Positions 8,431 through 17,436 are shown, counted from the first letter of the stretch. The stretch is DNA of 64,000 nucleotides from Candidatus Thorarchaeota archaeon (GCA_048882045.1 JBHLRZ010000017.1:10346-74345); one strand, 5' to 3'. Program-made: numbers and translations. The notes: generated by a model not told the origin, from the letters alone.

Positions 8431-8610
8431 TCTTTCTTCTGTTTCTGGACCTATGAAACAGAACGTTTACTGTACATCCATACTGTACACTCTTGTATAT
8501 TGGACCTTGTAATATCCAGAGTAGTATATTCTAACCACTCTTCTCGGAAGTTTAATTACCTACATCTAGATTTAGTTTCTATTAGATCGCGTTGTAGGAG
8601 GCCAATATAC

Positions 8611-8811
8611 ATGATTAGAATATTGAAACTAGCCATCGCAATAGCAACCATTGCACTAGGCTTGGTGGTTCTTTCTGTCACGCTTCCCTCCTCACCATTT
8701 TCAGCAACTGCTACTGGCATTCCAAGCATTGCAATAATTGCCATGGTGGGCCTTGGAGTATTCATATTCGTGAGTATAGTTTATGTTTATACTTTCAAAT
8801 CAAAGCGTTGA
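8611..8811 (+). CDS. Small two-TM membrane protein
   Basis: AGGAGG RBS before ATG 8611; two hydrophobic helices and a basic tail (KSKR). Confidence 0.7.
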   Translation: MIRILKLAIAIATIALGLVVLSVTLPSSPFSATATGIPSIAIIAMVGLGVFIFVSIVYVYTFKSKR

Positions 8812-8867
8812 GCGCCATCAGTAACTGCTTTCCAGTATGAAGATCTTCTTAGTCTGAGCTCGGTGTA

Positions 8868-9479
8868 TTATTCGATTATCTGTTCTCCTCCAGAGTCATC
8901 AGGCTGCGGCGAAAAAATGAAAACTTTCTCGCTGTATAGTAACGCGTTCGCATAACACAATAGAACTAGTACATTCAGCAATGTGAGTATGTTTGGAGAA
9001 CTATATAGGACTGTGGGCATGATCATTAATGACAAACCCCCTAGGAGTCCGAAAATACCAAGGGTTGCGAATGTGTTTCCTGACCGAGATGTTTCTTCGG
9101 GACGGATACTGTAGCCCCACCCGTTGCCAAGCAATGAACCAAACAACGCAAATCCAATAGCATGAAACTGATATTGTGTAAAAATGCTGGAGGTGAAGTT
9201 GTTCCACTCAATTAGGTCTACTCCTGATAATCCATGGAATGGCGAACCTGAAAATGCAACAAAATACCCGACAATATTCATGCAAATGTATCCAGTCAGA
9301 GTTCCCAGGATAGCACCAGCTATCCCATAGGATTTGAAAAGGTTCCGAAAGGTGATGTTTCTTTGTCTTGCTTTCATCCCAAGGTAAGCGGCAACGAGCA
9401 GTCCAGCACCAGCCCCTAGTACAATTGCATCCATCAAGGTGATTCTGATAATGGCCGTGTAGTATCCGCTAAGATTCAT
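8868..9479 (-). CDS. Hypothetical multi-pass membrane protein
   Basis: About 5-6 Gly-rich TM segments; GGGGG RBS-like tract before ATG 9479. Confidence 0.75.
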   Translation of the reverse strand: MNLSGYYTAIIRITLMDAIVLGAGAGLLVAAYLGMKARQRNITFRNLFKSYGIAGAILGTLTGYICMNIVGYFVAFSGSPFHGLSGVDLIEWNNFTSSIFTQYQFHAIGFALFGSLLGNGWGYSIRPEETSRSGNTFATLGIFGLLGGLSLMIMPTVLYSSPNILTLLNVLVLLCYANALLYSEKVFIFSPQPDDSGGEQIIE

Positions 9480-10591
9480 AATGTCCCCCAATAAGGATGC
9501 ATACACGTTGTCTAATAAGCAGTCTTATTCTTGCTCTATAAAAGAGATTGAGAATTAGTATGGCTCGAGATTGCCTGTTTAATGATCAATTGATGCATTT
9601 TTCAAGATTTTTTCCATCAATGAAGTAATTAACTATAGTTATTATATACTTATTTTATCCCTCAATACTTGACGATTTTTCGAAAGGATTACTTCAAATA
9701 ATTTTCTATTATATCTGACATTCGTTTATATTTATATTTACCTCTTATTGGTACAATTTGTACCTGATTGAGGAATTATAAGTCACTAATTTTCTATAGA
9801 TAGGTGTCTAATGTTTTCAACTTGTGTAGATGGTTTCATATGACAGATCCCCTGATGCAGGTTTTTTTTGAAACAGGAAATTTCTCTCATACCCGTTTTC
9901 TGTATCATGAAGTCTATCGACTAAAAAATATACTAAAGAAGCAGGGTTTATCACGCGAAAAGGTAGCAGTACACACATTTTGAGTATGAATGTAGGCCAT
10001 AACCAGATCTGAAGAAACTATTTATATTTAGAAACCGAATACAGCGATTTAGACGATTTCTACTATAGTAGTAGTACATGGTAATAGGAGGAACTATTGG
10101 ATCGTCTATCAAAGTTATTGGCGACAGTAAGATTCATTCATAACTTCCTCTGAGAAAGAGAAACTACTCAAAGATAGAGGAAGTTGAGGGGAAATATAGC
10201 AATTTGTCTATAATATTAAGTATATGTTAAACCTTTCGAAAAATGGACACTCAGGTTTTTCAACCTGTCGATTTTTCGAATAGCTGGAAAACTAAAACAG
10301 ATCATTTGGAAACCTGTGAGCATCGCAAGTAGTTCCAGTCTTTTCTTTGATGCGAAAAACAGATTCTTACCCTGTTAATAATCCATTCGACGAAAGCTTG
10401 TAAGGGCTAAATAGATACCATTAACCTAGTCTATAAGATACAACATGGTAAGGCCTAGAATTCCGAAAGAGCCCAATCACATATCATTTATATCCCGAGT
10501 CTCAGTATCGACATGTACACATTGCATCGAACGGGACTGAGAGCAGTTGCTATCGCCCCGAAACAGACACGAAACAAGGTAGGCAACACAG
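9480..10591. other. 1.1-kb AT-rich divergent intergenic region with repeated motifs and hairpins
   Basis: No ORF of 60 aa or more except a shadow ORF at its right edge; ATTTTTCGAA x3, TATTTATATTTA x2, hairpins 10142-10185 and 10235-10280. Confidence 0.6.
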
Positions 10592-10954
10592 ATGGTCACG
10601 ATCTTCATAGTTGATGATGAGGTAATCCTGCATCGATTGTATAAAGACGTGTTCTCCATCAAAGGCCATGAGGTCGTTGCTGACGCGTATGACGGAGCAG
10701 AGGCTATAGAAAAATTCTCAGCCTTTGATGTGAAACCTGAAGTCATCATTCTCGATCATCGCATGCCAAACAAAGATGGGATGCAGACCATGCGAGAGAT
10801 TCTAGATATTGATTCTTCAGCCAAGATAGTTTTCATCAGCGCAGATGCCAATGTGAGGGAGCAAGCAATGAGCAATGGCGCTGCGAGCTTTGGTTTGAAA
10901 CCAGTCACGATTCGTCACATGCTTGACCTTGTTGAGAGCGCAGTTTCGGACTAA
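10592..10954 (+). CDS. Stand-alone response regulator receiver (CheY-like)
   Basis: IVDDE, ILDHRMP phospho-acceptor Asp, ISA, KP. Confidence 0.92.
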   Translation: MVTIFIVDDEVILHRLYKDVFSIKGHEVVADAYDGAEAIEKFSAFDVKPEVIILDHRMPNKDGMQTMREILDIDSSAKIVFISADANVREQAMSNGAASFGLKPVTIRHMLDLVESAVSD

Positions 10955-10978
10955 AGATGCTCGGACCTTTCGATAAGA

Positions 10979-11377
10979 TTGTCTAGGGGGCTCTTCTACC
11001 TGAGTGATATTCCACATTCCGGCATATTGGTCGCTGGAGAGGTGCCTCTACTGAGGGTATTGTTGAAAATGTCCCTAGAAGATGGTGGGTTGGAGGTGAT
11101 TGGGGAGGCTGATGACTCACAGGATACACTTGTGCAGTGCCAGAGCATGAAACCATCTGTTGTCATCATCGATTTCAACCTACAGCAGAATGATCTAGTG
11201 AGGTTGATAGAAGACATTCTAGATATCGATCCTATCATCGCAGTCATAGTGATATCAGATCCAATTGAGGAACAGGGTGAGAAGGTGCTAGCTGCAGGGG
11301 CAAGAGCATACCTCCAGAAACCCTTCAGTATGTATGACATGACTGATGTCGTTCGGAAAGTGAAACCAGTATTCTGA
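10979..11377 (+). CDS. Stand-alone atypical receiver domain protein
   Basis: IIDFNL, VIS and AGARAYLQKPF are present, but the acidic DD pocket is replaced by AGE. Possible CTG start at 11000. Confidence 0.85.
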   Translation: MSRGLFYLSDIPHSGILVAGEVPLLRVLLKMSLEDGGLEVIGEADDSQDTLVQCQSMKPSVVIIDFNLQQNDLVRLIEDILDIDPIIAVIVISDPIEEQGEKVLAAGARAYLQKPFSMYDMTDVVRKVKPVF

Positions 11378-11379
11378 AT

Positions 11380-12135
11380 CTAGTCTGGTAAACGGGTGTC
11401 TGGAAAAACTGTTATTCCATCAGAGGAGATCTTGAACATCACTGGCCTCATGACATGACTGGCACCCCTCAGTTTCACGATGCGTAGAGTACGAAGATAG
11501 TCTCCTCCTGAGTAGAGAGTGTCTAGTCTGACAACGCCATCACAGATGAAGAATGGCATCTCGTCGTTAACAGCATTCGTACTGGCCTTCAGTTCGTGAG
11601 TAAGAATTATCGTTGAGTCCCAGTCAACTATTTCCCTCACAAATCCATAGACCAACTGTCGAATCTCAGACATGTTTCCAGCAAGTTCTAGTAATGGCCC
11701 TAAGCCGTCTATGACAATCCGTTTTGCTTTGGCTTCGGTCGCTTTCTTTCTAATGAGTTCAGCTAATCGAGGAACAGTGAATGGTTGCTCTCTAAGGAGT
11801 GGATGGTCAAAGCCAATGACATATTCGTAGCTGGTTTCTGTAGGAATGAGTTTGAGTGTTCCACTTAGAATTGTGAGTGCACCTGATTCTATTGCCTTTT
11901 TGGTATCCCATCCGAAATCAGACATGTCCTCTGTAAGCATATCAGATGTCTGGTCGAGAGACACTAGGAGTCCGTTCTCTCCCTTTTCAATCCCATCGAA
12001 CAAGAAGTGCCAGGTCAAAATACTCTTGCCTGTTCCAGGACCACCAGCAATCAATGTGGAACGGCCCTTGACATATCCACCCTCCATAAGTGAATTCAAA
12101 CCAGAAACACCTGTACTAACACGAGTTTTTGTCAT
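11380..12135 (-). CDS. KaiC/RAD55-like RecA-superfamily ATPase (single domain, COG0467)
   Basis: RVSTG-x3-L, Walker A GGPGTGKS, Walker B RIVIDG, DGVVRL, RIVKLRG. Confidence 0.92.
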   Translation of the reverse strand: MTKTRVSTGVSGLNSLMEGGYVKGRSTLIAGGPGTGKSILTWHFLFDGIEKGENGLLVSLDQTSDMLTEDMSDFGWDTKKAIESGALTILSGTLKLIPTETSYEYVIGFDHPLLREQPFTVPRLAELIRKKATEAKAKRIVIDGLGPLLELAGNMSEIRQLVYGFVREIVDWDSTIILTHELKASTNAVNDEMPFFICDGVVRLDTLYSGGDYLRTLRIVKLRGASHVMRPVMFKISSDGITVFPDTRLPD

Positions 12136-12286
12136 GTGAACCACTGCCCAGTCAATTCTCATATCTGTTTTAATCTTTCAGAAACGACTCTCTACATGAA
12201 TGTGTGTGGTATACATCCTCGAAACCTATATACCTCGTTTTCAAACATTATGCGGACAGAAGCACTAGAAGCCTTTTGATATCAGG

Positions 12287-13927
12287 TTGCGCGAAAACCG
12301 CGGAGAGAAGGAACCAGTAAGGCTTGCGAAGCAGTGGTTGATTCACGTGACAGATGAAGTGATAATACCAGAGTTCATGATGTACAAGACTGACCTAGAG
12401 CAGTCTGAGATTATAGAACTCGGGAATCGTCTTGCTGTTAACTCTCGTTCAAACAAGGATCGTTTCATGCTCTTCACTGATGTTCTTGTCGAATATGTTG
12501 GGAGTGGGGAGTGGAAAAACAGAAGTCAGGGATTTCTGGCAATGTGTGCCAAGGCCAGTTTCTTGAGGGGAATGTATGGCTACAATCAGATTCTTGCAAA
12601 GGATTCACAGAATATTTCATGCAGAGGATATGCCGCTGCAGCTTATTGCAGACAGAGTCTTGATCCTCGATGGCTCAACAATCTTCGAAACATTACAAAC
12701 CAAGCTTGGCAAGCTAAAGACTACATTGCATTTGCTGAGCTATCAGGCCAATTAGCTTCTATTCTCATCGACCTTGGATACACAGACCATGCCAGAGAGG
12801 TAGCTTCGGAAAGCATTGAAAAGGTCACTATCGATACAACAAAGGATCCTGATATTCGAAACGCAGTTCAGGCTGCTCTCCTGCGTCCTAGGATTATTCT
12901 AGCATTCATAGCTGTGTCTTCAGAATCGCGAGAAGAAGCTCTGATACGACTTGACTCCGCTCAAGACACTGCAACACACCTTGACCATCAGTTGGCTCTG
13001 AATGATATCAAGTTCTATCGAGGTCGGGCTTTGGAAGATTTTTTTGAACATCAGAGGGCTCTTGGTCTTGTAACCTCTGCTCTACGAAACTATGAGAAAA
13101 TGGGATATTCGCACGGTGTTGCTCTTGCACGTAACCTCCGAGGAGTCATTCATCTAAACATGGGTGAACTTCAAGAAGCAAGAGACGAATTTGAGGAACT
13201 CCTCATCATACAACAGCAGCTGAACAATCAGGTTGGACTAGCCAAGACTCTGATCAATGTTGGTGAGATAGACCGAGCACTTGATCAGATTGCCCAGATG
13301 GAGACCTACAACCGAAGAGCTCTTGAAATCAGTCAAGAGGCTGAATACATGAGAGGCATAGTTGTCGCTACAGTAAATCTGGGTGATGTGGCTATCAGAA
13401 AGGGTGACCCTGGTAAGGCCATTCGCCTATACAATGAAGGGATTTCCATGGCTGAAGGTGCTGGTATGAAAAACACACTGGCTCTCACTCTGTTTCAAGC
13501 TGGTGATGCAAACTTCATCATTCAGAACAACAAAGAGGCATTCTCCTGTTACAATCGAGCTGAGAGGGTTTCAAGAGAAATGGCTCATCTTCTCTATGCG
13601 TTCAATGCGAAAGCGAGTTCTCTAGTGACTCTATGGGAAGAAGAAATTGAACCAAAAGATGAGCTAGAAAACTACATTCGTTCTATCATGGGCAAGTTAG
13701 ACGATTGGAGTGAAACTCCTGAGTCTGATATGATGAGAAATGTAAGGAGAGCTGTTCTAGAGGATCCTGAATGTGACACAGACCTATGCGTCTTCTTCGA
13801 TGGTGAGAAGAGTTTTGAGTGTCGAGTCGAGAGGACAGGTCTCAGAAAGGAGTGCTTTGGCAAACTCTATTGGAAAGGTAGCCTTTGTCCATATTTCAAG
13901 GAGTTCATGACTCGACTAGAAGAGTAA
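12287..13927 (+). CDS. Tetratricopeptide repeat protein with Cys-rich C-terminal domain
   Basis: TPR_12-type repeats (GVALARNLRGVIH, GLAKTLINVGEI, GIVVATVNLGDVA); five Cys in the last ~50 aa. Confidence 0.85.
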   Translation: MRENRGEKEPVRLAKQWLIHVTDEVIIPEFMMYKTDLEQSEIIELGNRLAVNSRSNKDRFMLFTDVLVEYVGSGEWKNRSQGFLAMCAKASFLRGMYGYNQILAKDSQNISCRGYAAAAYCRQSLDPRWLNNLRNITNQAWQAKDYIAFAELSGQLASILIDLGYTDHAREVASESIEKVTIDTTKDPDIRNAVQAALLRPRIILAFIAVSSESREEALIRLDSAQDTATHLDHQLALNDIKFYRGRALEDFFEHQRALGLVTSALRNYEKMGYSHGVALARNLRGVIHLNMGELQEARDEFEELLIIQQQLNNQVGLAKTLINVGEIDRALDQIAQMETYNRRALEISQEAEYMRGIVVATVNLGDVAIRKGDPGKAIRLYNEGISMAEGAGMKNTLALTLFQAGDANFIIQNNKEAFSCYNRAERVSREMAHLLYAFNAKASSLVTLWEEEIEPKDELENYIRSIMGKLDDWSETPESDMMRNVRRAVLEDPECDTDLCVFFDGEKSFECRVERTGLRKECFGKLYWKGSLCPYFKEFMTRLEE

Positions 13928-14039
13928 GTTCTTATCTAGGTCTGTCAGAATATTTTTAGTGCGACAGTTTGAAGGACCAAAATATCCTTTTAAATCCAAG
14001 AATAGGAACTTCTTCTGCGCAAGCAAGGGGACATCAGAA

Positions 14040-15419
14040 ATGAGCGCTGAAGGCGCAATTCCACCCCGAATTAGGGATGCATTAGACACAGCCGAAGGCT
14101 ATGTATTGGTAGTGGCAGGAAGACCTGGTACTGGAAAGACCCTCTTCGTTCACGAAGTTTTCAGAGAGTTCGAAGATTCCTTCTTGATACTCTCGAATGC
14201 AGAAGCAACATCATCTTCTGAAGAGAAGTTTTCATCAATGCCTCAATGGGCTAATAGACATGTCATAGCGCAATACTGGCGACCAATTGACACTAGTTCT
14301 CTTCATGAGTCCACTCTCAGCGAGCAAATATCATCATTGCTGGGAAATGTATCTATCAAAGATCAACACAACATCGTGATCATTGATTCTTGGACAGATT
14401 TCCTTATGCCAATAGACACCAAGGATCGCTATAGAGTTCAACAAGCCATGATATACGCAGCTAGAAAAGAGGGAAAGAAACTCATCCTAGTCACTGAGGG
14501 TGAATGGACAGATGGATCCAGACCACAATTGCATCATTCAGCTGATGCTATTGTACAACTCAGAAAACTGCGAAAAGACCAGAGATTGTACAGACAACTA
14601 ACTATTGACAAAATGCGGAATATGTCAATAGAACAGGACTCATTCCTTTTTACACTGAACAACGGTCGATTCACCTACATTCCTTGGTATGTTCATCAGT
14701 TTCCGCCTATCATGGTTGGTCGTGATTCAATTCCAGACCCTACTGACTCACGTGTTTCAACTGGAAATCGAAGTCTCGATCTGATTCTAAATGGAGGCTT
14801 TGAGAAGAGCTCATTAAGTCTAATAGAAGTGGAAAATCTTGCAGCACCTTATCTAGAAACTATATATATTCCATTTCTGTCAAATCAACTTCAACTTGGT
14901 CGACCAGCTGTAATTCTTCTACCAGAAGGCTGGTCTCCAGATCGCTTCATTGAAGGTCTTAGTCATTTTGTTGATCCTAATGTTATTCTCAAACAGGTAA
15001 TCTTCTTTGGTAGACATGCATTAGGCCATGAGAATGCAAGGGAAATTGATGATGATCCATGGAAGACACTTCAAGAAATCCGTTATGAGTCAACACAGCT
15101 CGAGCGAAAGTTCTATACTCAGACTACTGAACTCTTCGCCTTGGATACACTTGAAAACAAGTATGGAGTGAATGATGTCAAGGGAATGATGGCTGAGATA
15201 ACAGCATCATTACCAACAAATGAAAGAACTATCGTTACAATACTAAGTCAAGAACAGGCATTGAGGAGCAGTTCAATAGCATATAGTGTGCATCTAAGAG
15301 TTCAAGAACTTAGTGGAGTATTGAGTGTGTGCGGAGTGAATCCCAAGACGAACTACCTCGCTGTTCGACCATTACTCTCCAAGGGATTCTTGGACTATGA
15401 TCTAGTACCAATAGTTTGA
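14040..15419 (+). CDS. GvpD-like double-domain KaiC/RecA ATPase (active N-domain, degenerate C-domain)
   Basis: GRPGTGKT, IVIIDSW, DKMRN, FTLNNGRF; the second domain starts RVSTGNRSLDLILNGGF but has no Walker A lysine. Confidence 0.85.
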   Translation: MSAEGAIPPRIRDALDTAEGYVLVVAGRPGTGKTLFVHEVFREFEDSFLILSNAEATSSSEEKFSSMPQWANRHVIAQYWRPIDTSSLHESTLSEQISSLLGNVSIKDQHNIVIIDSWTDFLMPIDTKDRYRVQQAMIYAARKEGKKLILVTEGEWTDGSRPQLHHSADAIVQLRKLRKDQRLYRQLTIDKMRNMSIEQDSFLFTLNNGRFTYIPWYVHQFPPIMVGRDSIPDPTDSRVSTGNRSLDLILNGGFEKSSLSLIEVENLAAPYLETIYIPFLSNQLQLGRPAVILLPEGWSPDRFIEGLSHFVDPNVILKQVIFFGRHALGHENAREIDDDPWKTLQEIRYESTQLERKFYTQTTELFALDTLENKYGVNDVKGMMAEITASLPTNERTIVTILSQEQALRSSSIAYSVHLRVQELSGVLSVCGVNPKTNYLAVRPLLSKGFLDYDLVPIV

Positions 15420-15425
15420 CCACCG

Positions 15426-15818
15426 GTGAGTGATATGAACACTGACATACAGAAAATTCTGGTCGTCGATGATGACGAGATGACCACTGAACTAGCAAAG
15501 ACTTTCCTTGAGAAACATGATTTTACGGTGGTGATAGCGAAGGACGGAGAAGAAGCTATCCATCTAGCACAATCCGAAATACCAGACCTCATTCTGCTAG
15601 ATGTAATGCTTCCAACTGTTGATGGTTTTGAGGTCTGCAAACAGCTGCGGAGTCTTGATCAGTTCAAGAAGACTCCAATTCTCATGTTCACTGCGAGAGG
15701 TTTCAGTAGTGATGTTGAACAGGGTCAGGCTGCTGGAGCAGACGAATACATCGTCAAACCTTTCTCCGGGAAAGCCCTTGTAGCAACCATAAGAAAACAT
15801 CTTGGAATCAAAGAGTGA
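15426..15818 (+). CDS. Stand-alone response regulator receiver
   Basis: KILVVDDD, PDLILLDVMLP, FTA, AGADEYIVKPF. Confidence 0.93.
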   Translation: MSDMNTDIQKILVVDDDEMTTELAKTFLEKHDFTVVIAKDGEEAIHLAQSEIPDLILLDVMLPTVDGFEVCKQLRSLDQFKKTPILMFTARGFSSDVEQGQAAGADEYIVKPFSGKALVATIRKHLGIKE

Positions 15819-15831
15819 GAGAGTGATCGAT

Positions 15832-16515
15832 ATGTCTGATAAGCCAACTGAGCAGAATGGTTCTCAGTTCAGCATAGTCGATAATCTACTCACAAAACCC
15901 CCGAGCGGATATGTCTTCTTGGTGATGGCATCTCAAGATAGTCACTATGACCTCTTCATGCTCACACTAATCAAACGAGCACTGGAGATGGGATTAAACA
16001 CTCTCGAGGTCATCACAGAAGCAAGAAATCGTTCTCTCATGTCTGAGCTTTCTGAGATGCAAGGGAATGGATTTTCAATCATGGAAGTTGGATATGGTCA
16101 GGAGACATTGGGTGAATTCACATGTTCCCCACATCTTCACGAAATAAACATTCAACTCAGGAGTCTGAGGAAAGACCTGACTCCGAAACTGATAACATTC
16201 GAGGGACTTACTCCTCTTTTGATAGACTTCTCTGCAAGAGATGTTGTGCAGTTCTTCAAAGAATGCGTGGAGGAGAGCATCAAGATTGGTTCGAATGAAT
16301 TCTATTTGGTGCACGCTGAAACCGCTGATCCTGTTACTATAAACCAACTCTTCTCTCTCGCCCAGGGTATTATCACTCTGACTACTTCTCGCGGAAAACA
16401 TTACCTCACAGTGAAGAAGTCAAAAGGTGTTGAACTCCCATATAATCCAATAGAATACGTTCCTGTGATGTCTAGTCCAAAACGCTCTGATTGGAGAATT
16501 ATCTGGAACTGGTAA
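15832..16515 (+). CDS. Inactivated KaiC/RecA-fold protein
   Basis: RecA-like topology (LITFEGLTPLL Walker-B-like strand, LAQGIITL, LTVKKSKG) without a Walker A GKT/S. Confidence 0.7.
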   Translation: MSDKPTEQNGSQFSIVDNLLTKPPSGYVFLVMASQDSHYDLFMLTLIKRALEMGLNTLEVITEARNRSLMSELSEMQGNGFSIMEVGYGQETLGEFTCSPHLHEINIQLRSLRKDLTPKLITFEGLTPLLIDFSARDVVQFFKECVEESIKIGSNEFYLVHAETADPVTINQLFSLAQGIITLTTSRGKHYLTVKKSKGVELPYNPIEYVPVMSSPKRSDWRIIWNW

Positions 16516-17226
16516 TCATTCTAAGTCCAGCACTATCTCATTATCATCTTCTTCTTCAGACTTCTTCTTTTCCTGAGGTTGTCCGGTGAGCATTCTCTCA
16601 AAGAGTCGTAGTGCTTCCTGTACTGTACTGGTCCAAGCATCTGCCTCTACAGATTCGTCCATCTGTTGACGAACTGGGTCTAGAAGAGACCGTACTTTCT
16701 GACAACTCTCCTCATCCCAATGGGCTTGATCCATTATTGTTTCTATCTGGCGAATGATTTGTCCTCTGAGCGATATGAACCTCAACTTTTCTTGGTCTAA
16801 TGAAGTAAGTCGCTTATTTACTCGACCAAGTTCTCTGAGGAGTCTTCTCACAGCAGCGACATCAGGTCTTGCCTCTGGTATTATGAATCCATGAGGTATC
16901 ATAATTCTCCCAGTCTGCCCGTGTCTGGTCACTCTAACTGCAAAGGCACCAGGAAGAATTGTCGTCGACAGACCAAAACGAATATTCAATCTATAATATA
17001 CACGGTCTGGTCCTAGTTCGCTTTCGCCATGCTCTCGCTCAACTAGACCTGCTTTTTGGAGGGCTTCTAGATGTTTGAATACGCCTCTAGGAGTCAGTCC
17101 AAGCATTGTGCTCAGTTCATAGGGATAGTGTGCTCTCTGTGCTAGAAGTCTAAGAATTCTCCTTCTAGTTTCATTTCCTAGAGCTTTGAATACTCTGTCT
17201 AGATCTCCTGGTCCTTCTTGTGACAT
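16516..17226 (-). CDS. ArsR-like wHTH regulator of the Phr/HSR1 heat-shock repressor type (COG1777)
   Basis: FKALGNETRRRILRLL-x4-YPYELS, KHLEALQKAGLV, GPDRVYY-x10-I-x-P-x2-F, then a coiled coil. Confidence 0.8.
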   Translation of the reverse strand: MSQEGPGDLDRVFKALGNETRRRILRLLAQRAHYPYELSTMLGLTPRGVFKHLEALQKAGLVEREHGESELGPDRVYYRLNIRFGLSTTILPGAFAVRVTRHGQTGRIMIPHGFIIPEARPDVAAVRRLLRELGRVNKRLTSLDQEKLRFISLRGQIIRQIETIMDQAHWDEESCQKVRSLLDPVRQQMDESVEADAWTSTVQEALRLFERMLTGQPQEKKKSEEEDDNEIVLDLE

Positions 17227-17248
17227 CTATCCCAGTCCCTCAACAACA

Positions 17249-17386
17249 TTACAAATACTCGACTCTTTCCCACATTCCATCGAGGAAGCGTAGCCACTCC
17301 ATATAGAGTTCATCAGGCTCCCAAAAATCTATTCCCGAGCTGGTTGTCCAATCTGGAAATATCTGGTCTTGTTGACTTATATCCAT
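17249..17386 (-). CDS. Small acidic Trp-rich protein (45 aa), below the ORF-track cutoff
   Basis: GGAGA RBS, then ATG 17386; MDISQQDQIFPDWTTSSGIDFWEPDELYMEWLRFLDGMWERVEYL; fills the gap upstream of the regulator. Confidence 0.55.
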   Translation of the reverse strand: MDISQQDQIFPDWTTSSGIDFWEPDELYMEWLRFLDGMWERVEYL

Positions 17387-17410
17387 TGTATCTTCTCCAA
17401 AATTTGTACA

Positions 17411-17436
17411 TCTAAGATACCTTTTGGTATCTTAGA
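17411..17436. promoter_or_regulatory. Perfect palindromic operator adjacent to a minus-strand TATA box
   Basis: TCTAAGATACC-TTTT-GGTATCTTAGA (11-bp arms); CCTTTTATT on the minus strand at about 17444-17436. Confidence 0.7.

Noticed and set aside
11380-16515. Circadian clock or gas-vesicle locus
   Set aside because: No kaiA/kaiB, no two-active-domain KaiC and no gvpA or other gvp structural genes.
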